From Thermoplasmata archaeon (GTDB lineage: Archaea > Thermoplasmatota > Thermoplasmata > Lutacidiplasmatales > UBA184), in assembly GCA_022750335.1 (NCBI GenBank), contig JAKIVX010000005.1, forward strand, positions 16,119 to 80,118: 64,000 nucleotides of DNA. Direction: 5' to 3'. How positions within the stretch are numbered: the stretch's first letter is position 1; each line of letters starts with the position of its first letter. The notes under the pieces are model-generated. The model was given only the letters and a program-made list of their open reading frames with translations, was not told where the DNA came from and ran no database searches. The position numbers and the translations under genes were made by a program. Positions 38,211-48,635 of this stretch are shown here, piece after piece.

Positions 38211-39158
38211 TCATCGCGGATTCGCCGGCTGAGGTTTGTTCCCCAACTGAGGCTCGATGAAGATCGCCAGCTTGTGGAGGCCGTCGCGCATCTCATCCTC
38301 GTCCAATCCGATGTAGTGGACGGTTTGATCGAGTGAGCTGTGTCCGTAGAGGTTCTTCAGTTGGACCAGATCCATCCCGGCCTTGTGGGCAAGTCGCCCG
38401 AAGGTCCGACGCAAGTCGTGGTGCGAGACTCGTACGCCGAGGCTAGGAAAACCCGCCCTCTCGGCGACTCGACGGAGGAGGAGGTCAGCACCAGAAGGGG
38501 AAAGGGGGACTAACGGCTCGTGTCCACCCTCCTGGAATCTATGGGAGCGCAAGACGCGCGCTGTCTCGGAGAACATCGGGAGAGTGCGCCATTTCCCCCC
38601 GTTCCGTCCCTTTCCGAGCACGTGAAGCCGCTGCCGTGCAAAATCAACGTCCATTCCGCGCAGTCGTAACACTTCCACGCGGCGGAGCCCGTTGAATGCT
38701 TCCAGAGCAAGGAGCACCCTTTCTCGCCCTTGAGCGGCCCGATAGAGCCGGAACAGTTGCTCCGGCGCGAGCCACCTTCTCCGACCGGTGCTATCCTGGG
38801 GTACGGCCCAAACCCCCCGATCAGCGGCCAGTGGGTTCCTCGCCCACCGGAGGAATCGTCGGAGGGCGTTGAAGTGCACACCGAATGTGGCCGAACTCCA
38901 GGACAAGCCATGTTTGAGTTGTTCAATGTGAGCCGCCCTCAAGCGCCCCGGAGTGGAGGGGGCCGAAATCTCTCCCGCTTTTCGGATGAGCGTCGGGGTA
39001 CGCAGAATTTCATACTGCACGCGACGTTTCCAGGCATCACCTATCGACGAGCCGGCTAGATCTTCCCTGGCAAATCGACGGACCGACGCGACCCAGGCGT
39101 GACGAGGGCCACGACTCGGCCTCCGCTTGCTCAAGGGTCGGCCCGACGGTCGGTGCAT
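38211..39158 (-). CDS. Tyrosine recombinase/integrase
   Basis: Catalytic set intact: GLRRVE (R), GKG (K), HDLRR (HxxR), GHS (H), TVHY (Y). Confidence 0.92.
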   Translation of the reverse strand: MHRPSGRPLSKRRPSRGPRHAWVASVRRFAREDLAGSSIGDAWKRRVQYEILRTPTLIRKAGEISAPSTPGRLRAAHIEQLKHGLSWSSATFGVHFNALRRFLRWARNPLAADRGVWAVPQDSTGRRRWLAPEQLFRLYRAAQGRERVLLALEAFNGLRRVEVLRLRGMDVDFARQRLHVLGKGRNGGKWRTLPMFSETARVLRSHRFQEGGHEPLVPLSPSGADLLLRRVAERAGFPSLGVRVSHHDLRRTFGRLAHKAGMDLVQLKNLYGHSSLDQTVHYIGLDEDEMRDGLHKLAIFIEPQLGNKPQPANPR

Positions 39159-39718
39159 ATCGTGCGAGTGATCTTACCCCCTTGCTCCCTTTCGGGGGGA
39201 TTGAATGATGAGAAGTGTGCCAACGAGGCAGGTACCGGCCAAGATCGGAACGCGCGGTCGTCACGCCTGTCCCACAGGATGGTTGAGATTCGGACTTTCG
39301 CCAACGCCCTCAGCCGGCAACGTCCGGCGCGACGCTTGCGCCGTTCAAATCCTTACCTAAGATTCTTCGAAGAACACGATGGTAGGATCGATGCAGCCGC
39401 ACGATCCTCAGCGGCCGGCGACCCCTCGACTTCGGTCGACCCAAGCGGAAATTCCTCTTGCCCCTCGTCAGGTCGAACGACCGAGTCGCGGCACAAACGC
39501 TCGGGGCTCGGGACTAGCCTAAGGGGCTGGCCCCAACACGGTCGGGATGCCAGGGAGGCCATTTCCTTCGCTTCTTGAAGGGGTCGGTAGGTTATTTCAG
39601 GCAGGCTGCGGTGAGTCCCCCCCCGGCTCCGTCCAACCAGGAGAGGGGTCGGCTGGAGCATGAGAGAGTTTGGAGTAGGGGCCCATCACCGGCACGGCAA
39701 TCCACGGTGGAGGGTGCG

Positions 39719-41254
39719 GTGAGCGGGCCCGACTGGGACTCGCTGGGGCGAGCCTGGTGGTCCCACGTCCGCGTTCTCGCCGGGGACAACATGCAAGGGC
39801 GCGAAACGGGGAGCCCGGGGTATCAGCGGGCGGCTGCCTATGTCGCAGAGCAGTTTCAGGCGGCCGGACTCGAGCCTGCCGGCGTGGACGGCTACCGCCA
39901 GTCGGTCGATTTTCGCGTTTCCCAGCTTGACGAGCCCAACAGCTCGCTCACCCTGATCCGCGGTGGTACGGCGCAACCGCTCCAGCTCCGCGACGATGCC
40001 CAGTTCGCGGTCAGCACGGGGACGGTGCCGGACCTGGAAGCCGAGGTCGTCTTCGTCGGCTACGGGCTCGATGTGCCCGAGCACCAGTACAGCGACCTAG
40101 CCGGGCTGGATCTCAATGGGAAGATCGCAGTCTACTTCCGAGGCGGCCCATCCGACCTGCCCGGTCCGATCAAGGCGCACTATCAGTCGGTCGAGGAACG
40201 CCTCCGTTCCCTCCGGAAGGCGGGGGTCGTCGGGAGCGTCATGATGACCAACCCCAAAGTACCCGACCTTCCCTGGCCTCGAATCGCGACCGGCCTACTG
40301 CTCCCGAGGATGGAACTGGCCGAGGCGATGTCGGACAGCCCGCGCCCGCTCCCGCTGGCCATGGCGTTCAACCCCGATCGACTGGAACTACTGATGGCCG
40401 GGAGCGGTCACTCCGCCTCAGAGATCATGCAGGGGCTCGGTGGACCGGGCCCGCTACCCCGATTTCCCCTCGCGGTGAAGATTCGCGCGCACGTGGCCGT
40501 CCGGCGCTCGATGGCTCGCTGCACCAATGTCGTGGGTCTGCTTCCCGGAAGCGACCCCACGCTCCGAACGGAGTACGTCGCCGGCAGCGCCCACCTTGAC
40601 CACCTCGGCATTGGCGAGCCAGTGAACGGGAAATCGCTCTACGGCGGGGCGATGGACAACGCGTCGGGCGTCGCCACTCTGATTCAAATCGCTCGTATGA
40701 TGAAAGAATCGGGACAACGACCGAGGCGGTCGATGATCTTCCTGGCGGTGACGGGTGAGGAGAAGGGCCTGTTGGGTTCGGAATACTTTGCCACACACCC
40801 GAGCGTCGCGGGCCCGATCGTGGCGAACCTGAACATGGACATGTTCCTCCCTCTCTATCCCTTGAAGTATCTCGAGATTCAGGGACTGGGCGAATCCAGT
40901 CTCGGTCGGGACATTCGGGCCCTCGGAGCGGAGGTGGGGGTCCGGGCCGACGCGGAGTATGAACCCGACCGAGTACTGTTCATCCGCAGCGACCAGTACA
41001 ATTTCGTTAAGAAAGGCGTCCCCGCCCTGATGCTGTCGGTCGGGTACCAAAAGGGCTCCCCGGAGGAGGAGACATCGAAAGCTTGGTTCCGGGATCGCTA
41101 CCATGCTCCGGCCGACGATGTGGAACAGCCGGTGGACTTGGTCGCAGCCGCCCAATTCACGGACCTTTTGGGCAAACTGATGCTGAAGGTCGCCGACGCA
41201 CAGCAGCGCCCAACTTGGAACGAGGACAGCTTCTTCCGTCGATTCGTTCGCTGA
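39719..41254 (+). CDS. M28 family metallopeptidase with PA domain
   Basis: QGRETGSPG, VFVGYG (PA), SAHLDH, GAMDNASG, GEEKGLLGS, RSDQYNF, RYH; GTG start after GGAGGGTG (start uncertain). Confidence 0.88.
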   Translation: MSGPDWDSLGRAWWSHVRVLAGDNMQGRETGSPGYQRAAAYVAEQFQAAGLEPAGVDGYRQSVDFRVSQLDEPNSSLTLIRGGTAQPLQLRDDAQFAVSTGTVPDLEAEVVFVGYGLDVPEHQYSDLAGLDLNGKIAVYFRGGPSDLPGPIKAHYQSVEERLRSLRKAGVVGSVMMTNPKVPDLPWPRIATGLLLPRMELAEAMSDSPRPLPLAMAFNPDRLELLMAGSGHSASEIMQGLGGPGPLPRFPLAVKIRAHVAVRRSMARCTNVVGLLPGSDPTLRTEYVAGSAHLDHLGIGEPVNGKSLYGGAMDNASGVATLIQIARMMKESGQRPRRSMIFLAVTGEEKGLLGSEYFATHPSVAGPIVANLNMDMFLPLYPLKYLEIQGLGESSLGRDIRALGAEVGVRADAEYEPDRVLFIRSDQYNFVKKGVPALMLSVGYQKGSPEEETSKAWFRDRYHAPADDVEQPVDLVAAAQFTDLLGKLMLKVADAQQRPTWNEDSFFRRFVR

Positions 41255-41434
41255 ATAGGGCGGCTCTACCGCCGTTCGGTAAGGTGAGTGGTAGGCGGTC
41301 CGTCGCCCGTCGCAACGAACCTGGCTCGGGTGCCAGACACGTGCCGTCGGGGTGAGGTTGATTTCTCCCAGGATCCGGGACTAGACCATTGGGTGATGCA
41401 GGCCGTGCGCCTTGCTTTCCGGCAGCCGAGTGCC

Positions 41435-41941
41435 TTACGCGCGCTGGCCGACCTCACCCTCGAGCCGTTCGAGCTGGGCCTCCAGATTCCGCGTACCCAG
41501 CGTCCTCCAGTGCGGAGTGCCCTGACCGCGACCGGTCAGCGTGACCCGCGTCCCGGCACCTTCCGGCTCGAGGTCCATCCGAGTGCTCATCGGGACTCCG
41601 GCCCCGGCTTTCCCTAGTTCGAGGGTGAGGTCGAAGGTGAGCCGGGAAGGCTCGACCAACTCTGAGAACGTGCCTCGGAGATCGAAGGCAATCGGCACGC
41701 GGGCGGCCGTAAAGGACTCCTTCGAGGTCGGCGAGAGAAGGGCAGGCAGATAGGTGACGTGGAACGCAATCATCCCTCCGGGGTGGACTTCCAGGCGGCG
41801 GACGGAGGTTCGGAGTTCCTCCGGGCTCCACCAGCGCTCCAACGCCGCCTTTGTCGTGGCTGCGGTCCAGACTTTCCCCGGGGCTGCGGGAATCCATCGC
41901 GTGGCTGAAAGTTCGAGATCTGTTCCATTGTCGGCCGACAT
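41435..41941 (-). CDS. SRPBCC (AHSA1-like) domain protein
   Basis: RWIPAAPGKVWTAATT...WWSPE...LEVHPGG...GTFSELVEPSRLTF. Confidence 0.85.
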   Translation of the reverse strand: MSADNGTDLELSATRWIPAAPGKVWTAATTKAALERWWSPEELRTSVRRLEVHPGGMIAFHVTYLPALLSPTSKESFTAARVPIAFDLRGTFSELVEPSRLTFDLTLELGKAGAGVPMSTRMDLEPEGAGTRVTLTGRGQGTPHWRTLGTRNLEAQLERLEGEVGQRA

Positions 41942-42141
41942 CTATCGTCCCGGTTGCAAGGCGTGATTGCGAATTTGCAGAGAGCCTACCCCTTGATGGG
42001 TTCTTCTGCCGAGACCCAGGCGCGAGGCGGACTGCCGGTGGCATGAATCCGCCGCAAATACGAGCAAATTACGACGCGCCCGGTGGGGAGGCGACAAGCC
42101 CCCGTGAGGTGGGGGATTGTCGCCTCGGTTGACCCTGAGCT

Positions 42142-43179
42142 CTACAGCAATGCCGCCAAGCGACGGAGCTGCATTTTCCACCCGATCTCCGACCTCTCCG
42201 TCCACTGTTGGTTGTGCATCCTCTCCAACGTGACCACCAACCGAACACCGGCCCTGGTCGGGTGGAACTCGACTCGCTGTAGGACCTCGTAGGGATCCGT
42301 GCCGGGGATGAAGTCAGCCACCATGCTGAAGGCGAGCCGAGAACGAGGGACGACTTCCACGAAGGTACCCCGGGCCTCGCTCGACGCCGGCATTCCCATC
42401 TTCTTGAGCCCTTGAATCAATTCGGCTGCCCGGGCCGTCATGACATACTCGATCGGACCACCCGGACGCAGACTCAGCTTCTTGACGGACGTGGTAAACC
42501 CATCCGGCCCCCACCAGCTCTCGAGCCCCTCCTTCGTGGTGAACAGCTCCCACACCCGCTCGACGGGCGCCTTGAACGTTCGCTCGAGCCGAAGCTCCCC
42601 CCGCGACGAACGGGCAGAGCCCTTCGACGATGCTTCCGAGCTAACGCCTAGGTGCGCGGCGAGGCGCTCCCAACTTTGGCGGGCGCCCCGCTCCATGCCG
42701 GACTTGGCGAATTCCTTGAGATCCTTCACCGAACCGAACACGGTGGTGTTGGTCAACTTCGTCCCGCCGTTCCACGCTTCGAAAGTGGTCGTCACCGTGA
42801 CCTCGCGGTCGGACCACCCTTTCACGTCGAACGCGAAAGTGGAAACGAGACGAGACGGGGGATCCACTTCGAGGTAGATCCCTTTGAACGGGTACTCGTG
42901 ACCATCCGAAGAGCGTTCCACGAACCTCCATGCCCCGCCGGGTCGCAGATCGACCTCGCACACGACGAGTTGGGACCCCTCTGCACCTCCCCACCAGTGG
43001 ATGAGATGCTCCGGCCTCGTCGATGCGTCAAACAATCGTTGGGGCGGGGCGTTAAACACCCGAGTCATGACGATAGTTCGCTCCCGCGTGTCCACCCGGA
43101 ACGTCGTGAGGTCCTCCGCCGACTTTGCCCGCCTCACTTTTGTCGTCCTGGCCCTGCCTGTTTGTCTCCTTGCGGTCAT
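42142..43179 (-). CDS. Tandem double SRPBCC (AHSA1-like) domain protein
   Basis: Two domains: TRVFNAPP...WWG...DLRPGG and ERTFKAPVERVW...WWGPDG...LRPGG; ATG 43179 overlaps the arsR stop. Confidence 0.88.
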   Translation of the reverse strand: MTARRQTGRARTTKVRRAKSAEDLTTFRVDTRERTIVMTRVFNAPPQRLFDASTRPEHLIHWWGGAEGSQLVVCEVDLRPGGAWRFVERSSDGHEYPFKGIYLEVDPPSRLVSTFAFDVKGWSDREVTVTTTFEAWNGGTKLTNTTVFGSVKDLKEFAKSGMERGARQSWERLAAHLGVSSEASSKGSARSSRGELRLERTFKAPVERVWELFTTKEGLESWWGPDGFTTSVKKLSLRPGGPIEYVMTARAAELIQGLKKMGMPASSEARGTFVEVVPRSRLAFSMVADFIPGTDPYEVLQRVEFHPTRAGVRLVVTLERMHNQQWTERSEIGWKMQLRRLAALL

Positions 43180-43511
43180 TGTTTCTTCTCCACTTCTCGG
43201 GCGAGCCGGTCGAACCGGTCCTCCCAGAGGATCCGATAGCGCGTCAACCAGCCGAACGCCGCGCTCATCGGAACGGCATCGATGTGGCATCGATGCACAC
43301 GCCACTCGGGCGTGATCTTCAGCAGCCCCGCCCGTTCGAGCACTCGAAGGTGCCCCGAGATGGCGGGAAGACTCACTTTGTGCGGCTTGGCCAATTCGCT
43401 GACTGAGGCATCTCCGCCGGCCAGCTGCTCGATAATGGCCCTTCGAATCGGATGGGCGAGAGCCGCAAAGATGGCGTCCAGGTTGACCGCGGACTTGTCT
43501 CGTTTAGGCAT
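43176..43511 (-). CDS. ArsR/SmtB family transcriptional regulator
   Basis: FAALAHPIRRAII...VSELA...SLPAISGHLRVLERAGL...WEDRFDRL. Confidence 0.92.
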   Translation of the reverse strand: MPKRDKSAVNLDAIFAALAHPIRRAIIEQLAGGDASVSELAKPHKVSLPAISGHLRVLERAGLLKITPEWRVHRCHIDAVPMSAAFGWLTRYRILWEDRFDRLAREVEKKQ

Positions 43512-43537
43512 CTGCCTAAATGATAGGGACGGCCATT

Positions 43538-43557
43538 ATTTAACATTTTACTTAATT
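43538..43557. promoter_or_regulatory. Putative ArsR operator/promoter
   Basis: AT-rich imperfect palindrome ATTTAAC-ATTTTA-CTTAATT about 27 nt upstream of arsR. Confidence 0.5.
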
Positions 43558-43693
43558 GACAACCCCCCCACCGGGTTTGGGTCGAGAGCTGGGGTGTGCA
43601 AGGTCCGTTGCACTCATTCCTTGGCCCTTCCGCCCCGACCGTTCCTATGGGTGATGCTGCAACGTCATAGCGTCCAACGTCTTCGCCACGCCC

Positions 43694-44452
43694 ATGTGCC
43701 ACACGGACGACTCTCGAGCCCCTGAACCCCCCCGCCGCGGTCCCGTCGGCGAACACGGCTCGCAGGAGCTCACGTCGTCGGACGGAACCCGGTACCGCGC
43801 GTACGTGGCGACCCCGAAGGAAACCGCCCGAGCCGGCGTGGTCATCCTTCCCGACGTTCGCGGGTTGCACCCCTACTACGAGGACCTCACCGTTCGATTC
43901 GCGGAGGCTGGCTTCCGAGCGGTCGCGATCGACTACTTCGGACGCACAGCCGGGCTGGGAGCCCGGGATGACTCGTTCGACTGGAAGTCGCATTTCGAGA
44001 AGGCGACCCCGGAGGGGATCGCGCACGACGTCCGGGCCGCGGCCGAATGGATCCGGGCCGCCGCGCAGCGCCCCGATATTCCGACCTTTACGGTCGGGTT
44101 CTGCTTCGGGGGGGCGAACTCTTGGCGCCAGTCCGGCGAACAGTCGGACCTCGCCGGATGTATCGGGTTCTACGGCGGCCGACCGATGGAACGGGCCGGC
44201 GCGGCGATCCCGAAGATGACAGCGCCGCTCCTCATGCTCCTCGCGGGAGATGACAAGGGGACTCCCCCCGCGGAATTCGAGGAGTTCGCCGGTCTCGTCC
44301 GGGCCCGAGGTCTCGAAGTTGAATCGCACACCTACGCGGGCGCCCCCCACAGCTACTTCGACCGCTCCTTCGCCGAGCATCGCGAGGCTTGTGAGGACTC
44401 CTGGAGGAGGATCTTGGAGTTCACCGATCGCCACGTTACCGGCCCCCGATAG
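43694..44452 (+). CDS. Dienelactone hydrolase family
   Basis: PDVRGL, GFCFGG nucleophile elbow, GDD, YAGAPHSYF. Confidence 0.9.
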   Translation: MCHTDDSRAPEPPRRGPVGEHGSQELTSSDGTRYRAYVATPKETARAGVVILPDVRGLHPYYEDLTVRFAEAGFRAVAIDYFGRTAGLGARDDSFDWKSHFEKATPEGIAHDVRAAAEWIRAAAQRPDIPTFTVGFCFGGANSWRQSGEQSDLAGCIGFYGGRPMERAGAAIPKMTAPLLMLLAGDDKGTPPAEFEEFAGLVRARGLEVESHTYAGAPHSYFDRSFAEHREACEDSWRRILEFTDRHVTGPR

Positions 44453-44493
44453 AATCTAAACGCCGGGTGCTCTTTCGAGGTTAGGCCCATCGC

Positions 44494-44916
44494 ATGCGGA
44501 AGAGTGCCTCAAAGGGCTCCCGTGCCCCCACCAAGCCGATAGGCGCAACAGCCAGACAGCCTTCGAAGTGGAAGGACGAGATCGTTTCCCGGCTTCGACG
44601 CCTCATCGAAGAGGCTGACTCCGCAGCGACCGAGGAGCAGAAGTGGAGGAAGCCATCGAACCCCGCCGGAGTTCCGGTTTGGTATCACGATGGAATCCTT
44701 TGCCACGTCGTGACCCTCAAGAACCGCGTACGGCTAACTTTCCTCAAGGGCGCCTCGCTCAAGGACACGAAGTCGCTCTTCAACGCCTGTCTCGATGGCA
44801 ATGCTATGCGCGCGATTGACATCGGTGAGGGAGACGAAATCGACGCCGGGGGGATCAAATCGCTCGTTCGTGCCGCAGCCGCCCTGAACGCTTCCTCCGT
44901 GCGCGACCGACGCTAA
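44494..44916 (+). CDS. DUF1801 (YdhG-like) protein
   Basis: EEQKWRKPSNPAGVPVWYHDG...LTFLKGASLKD...LFNA...GN..RAIDI. Confidence 0.82.
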   Translation: MRKSASKGSRAPTKPIGATARQPSKWKDEIVSRLRRLIEEADSAATEEQKWRKPSNPAGVPVWYHDGILCHVVTLKNRVRLTFLKGASLKDTKSLFNACLDGNAMRAIDIGEGDEIDAGGIKSLVRAAAALNASSVRDRR

Positions 44917-45043
44917 CGCGTCTGCACGATGACGGGAGGTCCCTCGGCTGGGATTGGAGTGGGATCGTACTCTTGAAACTGTCCAATCGTTGGGATCCGA
45001 TAGGGAGCGCGTTGAAAGGGTTGGTCGCTTACACGGAGCAGGG

Positions 45044-45478
45044 TCACTTCTTCGCGACGAAGGTCTTCAGACCAGCGACATCCTGGTTGAATGCGGCCTC
45101 GAGATTCGAGCGGACCGCCGGTTCGAGCTGGTTACTGGGAATGTGGGGGGACACGAACTCTCCGTAGACGTCGATCCCGGTCTTGTTTCCCTTCGGAGTG
45201 TAGATGTTGATCATCTTGGAGCCGGCCATGGGCCCTTCGAGTACTTCGATACTCATCCCCAGAGGTGGAAAGACGGTGACTCGGTTCGAGGTCTTGACCC
45301 ACTTGCCGTTCATGTTCTCCTCCTGGTTGAGGACGAACGAAGTTTCGGTCAAGGGCTTCATCTCCTGGTTCCGGGAGCCCTCGTGAGAAGACCCGTGGTC
45401 GATGGGTGACTGAATGTACTTCCACAACATGTCAAGCGGTACGTCGAAGTGACTCCCTTCGTCCTTGATCTGGACCAT
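45044..45478 (-). CDS. Hypothetical protein, possibly SRPBCC/START fold
   Basis: Protein-like composition; FDVPLDMLWKY and EVLEGPMAGS resemble START-fold segments; divergent from the HxlR regulator. Confidence 0.6.
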   Translation of the reverse strand: MVQIKDEGSHFDVPLDMLWKYIQSPIDHGSSHEGSRNQEMKPLTETSFVLNQEENMNGKWVKTSNRVTVFPPLGMSIEVLEGPMAGSKMINIYTPKGNKTGIDVYGEFVSPHIPSNQLEPAVRSNLEAAFNQDVAGLKTFVAKK

Positions 45479-45595
45479 GGGCCAGGGAGCCTAGGACTGT
45501 ATTTCAAGGACGACGGAACAGAAGTATAGTCTGAGAGAAAAATCCCGACACTTGCATGCTCAGTCTCTTATTCGTACCGTAGTATCTCTAGCACG

Positions 45596-46084
45596 ATGGC
45601 GCGCCCAGAGACGGATTCACTTTCTTCTCGCTATCCAGGCGTTCCAACAGTAGCGCAGAAGGCCTGCCCCATCGCCACGACCCTGGGCACGCTCGGGCGT
45701 AAGTGGACGATTACGATCCTCCGGGACATTGCCTTCTTTCCGGACGCCTCGTTCTCGCTGATCCTGAAGGGCAACCCCGGGCTGCTGCCTCGGACCCTCT
45801 CTCTTCGGCTCAAGCAGCTCGGCTCGGATGGCCTGATCGTCCGAGACACGGAAGGAAACGGCGGCCGGAACCCAAAGTACCGACTCAGCACCAAGGGACT
45901 CCAGGTTTGGCCAATCCTTGCCACGCTGGCCCAGTACGGCATGCAGAACTTTTCGGAACAGGTGTTCGAGGATGGGCTCCCTCGGGATCTCGAAGAGGTT
46001 TTCCCGAACGGCATGAAACTCATGTTGGGTCGCTTCGCGAATTCCCCTCCGAGACGAACCCCACCTTCCCGATCACTTTCCTAA
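45596..46084 (+). CDS. HxlR family winged-helix regulator
   Basis: CPIATTLGTLGRKWTITILR...TLSLRLKQL...YRLSTKG. Confidence 0.9.
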   Translation: MARPETDSLSSRYPGVPTVAQKACPIATTLGTLGRKWTITILRDIAFFPDASFSLILKGNPGLLPRTLSLRLKQLGSDGLIVRDTEGNGGRNPKYRLSTKGLQVWPILATLAQYGMQNFSEQVFEDGLPRDLEEVFPNGMKLMLGRFANSPPRRTPPSRSLS

Positions 46085-46179
46085 GGTATTCGCTTCCCCG
46101 GTTCGCACTTCTCGGTGGATTGCTTTCACGTCCGGTTCACTCGCCCGTGGCCCCGGAGGATCGAGACCCGGGCGCGCAG

Positions 46180-47019
46180 CTAGTCGTGCGGCCAGCGGAC
46201 TTCGAAGTTGGAAATGGGCCCCACGACCCGGAAGCCATGCCGCTTGAGAATCGGTCCCGAAGTTCCAATGCGGGCCGTCACAAGAGCGATCTCAGCCCCC
46301 TGTCGGACCGCCTCCTCGCACCGGGCAAGAACGAGGGCACCATAGGCACCCAAGTTGCGGTACGCGGGAAGAATCGCGGATCCCCAGAAACGGGCGACCG
46401 GTCCCGCGACCTCCAACCCGCCATGCCCTATGGGTGTGGAGTCTTTCCAGACGACGTAGCGGCCCGAGTGGCCGGTGTCGGCCACGCGCTTCTGGAAATC
46501 TGCTTCCAAACCCCTTCGAGTTTCCTCGGGAGGTTCGGGACTGTCCCAGAGTGGGGCATTCAGCCCGACGAAGGCCGAGTACTCGTCGTCGTTCTTGGCC
46601 TCTCTTGCCGAGATTTCGAAGGGGGGGTGGAAACTAGGGAGCCGGGCTCGACCAGACTCGTCGTGGAAGTCGTAAACGAGCACTTCCACCTGGTCGAGAG
46701 CTGAGTACCCCCTTCGGACAAGGCGTTCCTCCAAGTCCAGGGGTCGGGCAGTCGGCAGAATCTGGAAACGAGCGCCTGTGGCTTGGTTCGAGCGGGCCAG
46801 AGTTTCCACTTCGTCCAATGCAGCGTCAACTTTCTCCAGTTCCGGAACCTGAAAACCGTAGACCGTCGTCATGCTGTACGAGCCTGGTGTGACGATCAAG
46901 TCGAAGCGGTCAGTCGTAAACCGACGGGCAAACGGAGGGACCCAACGCCAGTCTACCATGGCCTCCCAAACTCGCGCGTCGTCCCAGGCAATCCGGCGAG
47001 GGGTCGCCATTTCACTCAA
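46180..47019 (-). CDS. GNAT family protein
   Basis: C-terminal FWGSAILPAYRNLGAYGAL...SGPILKRHGF. Confidence 0.75.
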   Translation of the reverse strand: MSEMATPRRIAWDDARVWEAMVDWRWVPPFARRFTTDRFDLIVTPGSYSMTTVYGFQVPELEKVDAALDEVETLARSNQATGARFQILPTARPLDLEERLVRRGYSALDQVEVLVYDFHDESGRARLPSFHPPFEISAREAKNDDEYSAFVGLNAPLWDSPEPPEETRRGLEADFQKRVADTGHSGRYVVWKDSTPIGHGGLEVAGPVARFWGSAILPAYRNLGAYGALVLARCEEAVRQGAEIALVTARIGTSGPILKRHGFRVVGPISNFEVRWPHD

Positions 47020-47215
47020 GCGACAAGGATCCGTTAGAAATCACCTTCGAAGCGACTCGAGCGTCGTGAAGGTGAGTCCGACCCCCATCCTCCCGACTCA
47101 GCATGTGAAAAGCCCATTTCATCCACTGGCGGAAGAGCGCATGGAGCCACTCGGACATGCAATCACCCTTGCATCGGACCTCTGGGCTTTTGAGTGGCGA
47201 AGCTAGTCGGGGACC

Positions 47216-47392
47216 ATGTCCGGCACGCTGCCTTGGTCCGGGACGTCTCAGACCTCGCCGATGAACGACCCAAACGAGTTGCTCAACAGGATCCGACGAA
47301 TCGACCAAACGACGGCCCAGACCTTTCATTGGGTTAGGATCGGAGTCGTCGTTCTGGTCGTCCTCGCTATCGCCATCATCATCATTGGCTGA
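47216..47392 (+). CDS. Small tail-anchored membrane protein, 58 aa
   Basis: Manual: MSGTLPWSGTSQTSPMNDPNELLNRIRRIDQTTAQTFHWVRIGVVVLVVLAIAIIIIG*; T-rich box about 25 nt upstream. Confidence 0.6.
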   Translation: MSGTLPWSGTSQTSPMNDPNELLNRIRRIDQTTAQTFHWVRIGVVVLVVLAIAIIIIG

Positions 47393-47533
47393 TGAGTACG
47401 ATTGAAGATCCTCCCCAGGTAGGGCGAGATCCCGCAAACTGGAGGGCGACGGCCTTGCGACCGCCTTTCGGCCGGGTCGACTCAAGAGATTGAACGCGCC
47501 CGACCGCAGCGATTCGTATTCGGTTGTCCGACT

Positions 47534-47764
47534 CTACTTGCCCTGGACGTCATCCACGCGCCCGATCGGCGTGTTCTGCTTCCGGGAGTAACTTCCCCAG
47601 GAGACCATCGCTAGTCCGAGGACCAAAAGGGCAACAAACGCCACCAACGCAGTTGTTCTGTTGCCGAGTGAGAATTCGTAGATGGCCAGTACGATTCCGC
47701 CGAGGACGACGAGAACACCAAGCACTCTCACCAGGCCACCCAACTCAAAGCTTGCCCACCCCAT
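47534..47764 (-). CDS. Small two-TM membrane protein
   Basis: Two clear hydrophobic helices in 76 aa. Confidence 0.55.
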   Translation of the reverse strand: MGWASFELGGLVRVLGVLVVLGGIVLAIYEFSLGNRTTALVAFVALLVLGLAMVSWGSYSRKQNTPIGRVDDVQGK

Positions 47765-48063
47765 CGGATCCGCCTCGGTTCGGGATTAGACCTGGCATAC
47801 TTATCGAACCCCCTAACTCGGTTACAGTTCGAATGCCACAGCATTTTGGAGAATGCCTGGTCGACGGTTCGAGTGGTCCGGGTCAGGGCAGGGCATGAAG
47901 TGTTCGGGAGGAAGCATCGGCCAATCCTTCCGGTACGCTTCAGCGACGGCGGGCGCATCCTGCCTCGAGCCGTAGAGCGCTTGCCTATGGGGTAATGGTC
48001 CGGCGCCCTACCTCTCAGGGTCCCGGCTAAAGCCTTAATCAACCCGGCCAGTTTCTGCGGCTG

Positions 48064-48519
48064 ATGGCCGCGCGAAAGACCGGGGCGAAGGGCGGGAAGA
48101 GTGCCAAGGGTGGTTTCACCGAGGAGGAGCGCTCAGCGATGAGGGAGCGCGCTCGAGAATTGAGGGCCCCGCGTGGTTCAGGTAAATCGGACGGGGAAGG
48201 TGACGTCAAGGCAAAGATCGCTCAGATGAGTCCGTCAGATCGCGCCATTGCCCTGCGAGTTCATGCGATCATCAGAGCCAATGCGCCCACCCTCTCACCG
48301 AGGACCTGGTACGGGATGCCCGCGTATTCCAAGGGCGATCAAGTCCTCTGCTTTTTCCGGAATGCCGGGAAGTTCAAGACTCGGTACTCGACGCTTGGCT
48401 TCAGTGATGAAGCGAATCTCGACGACGGGCCCATGTGGCCGACCGATTTCGCGATCACGAACCTGACCGGCGCGGAAGAGACCCGGATCATCGCGCTCCT
48501 CAAGAAAGCGCTGGGCTGA
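48064..48519 (+). CDS. DUF1801 (YdhG-like) protein
   Basis: [17 protein letters not shown]...[10 protein letters not shown]...CFF...[25 protein letters not shown]. Confidence 0.85.
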   Translation: MAARKTGAKGGKSAKGGFTEEERSAMRERARELRAPRGSGKSDGEGDVKAKIAQMSPSDRAIALRVHAIIRANAPTLSPRTWYGMPAYSKGDQVLCFFRNAGKFKTRYSTLGFSDEANLDDGPMWPTDFAITNLTGAEETRIIALLKKALG

Positions 48520-48635
48520 GCATTGAATTCACGACCGAGATGGACTCCGGACCTCCAGCAGTGAATCCAAGGACAGCACTGCACCACCGCCGACGCGCCT
48601 TGACGGCCGACCCCTGGTGCGGCGAGCTTCTCGAT

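Noticed and set aside
38211..39158. Integrase as an integron integrase (IntI)
   Set aside because: No IntI-specific insertion before the HxxR box, no recurrent RYYYAAC...GTTRRRY attC hairpins after genes, and cargo is in mixed orientation.
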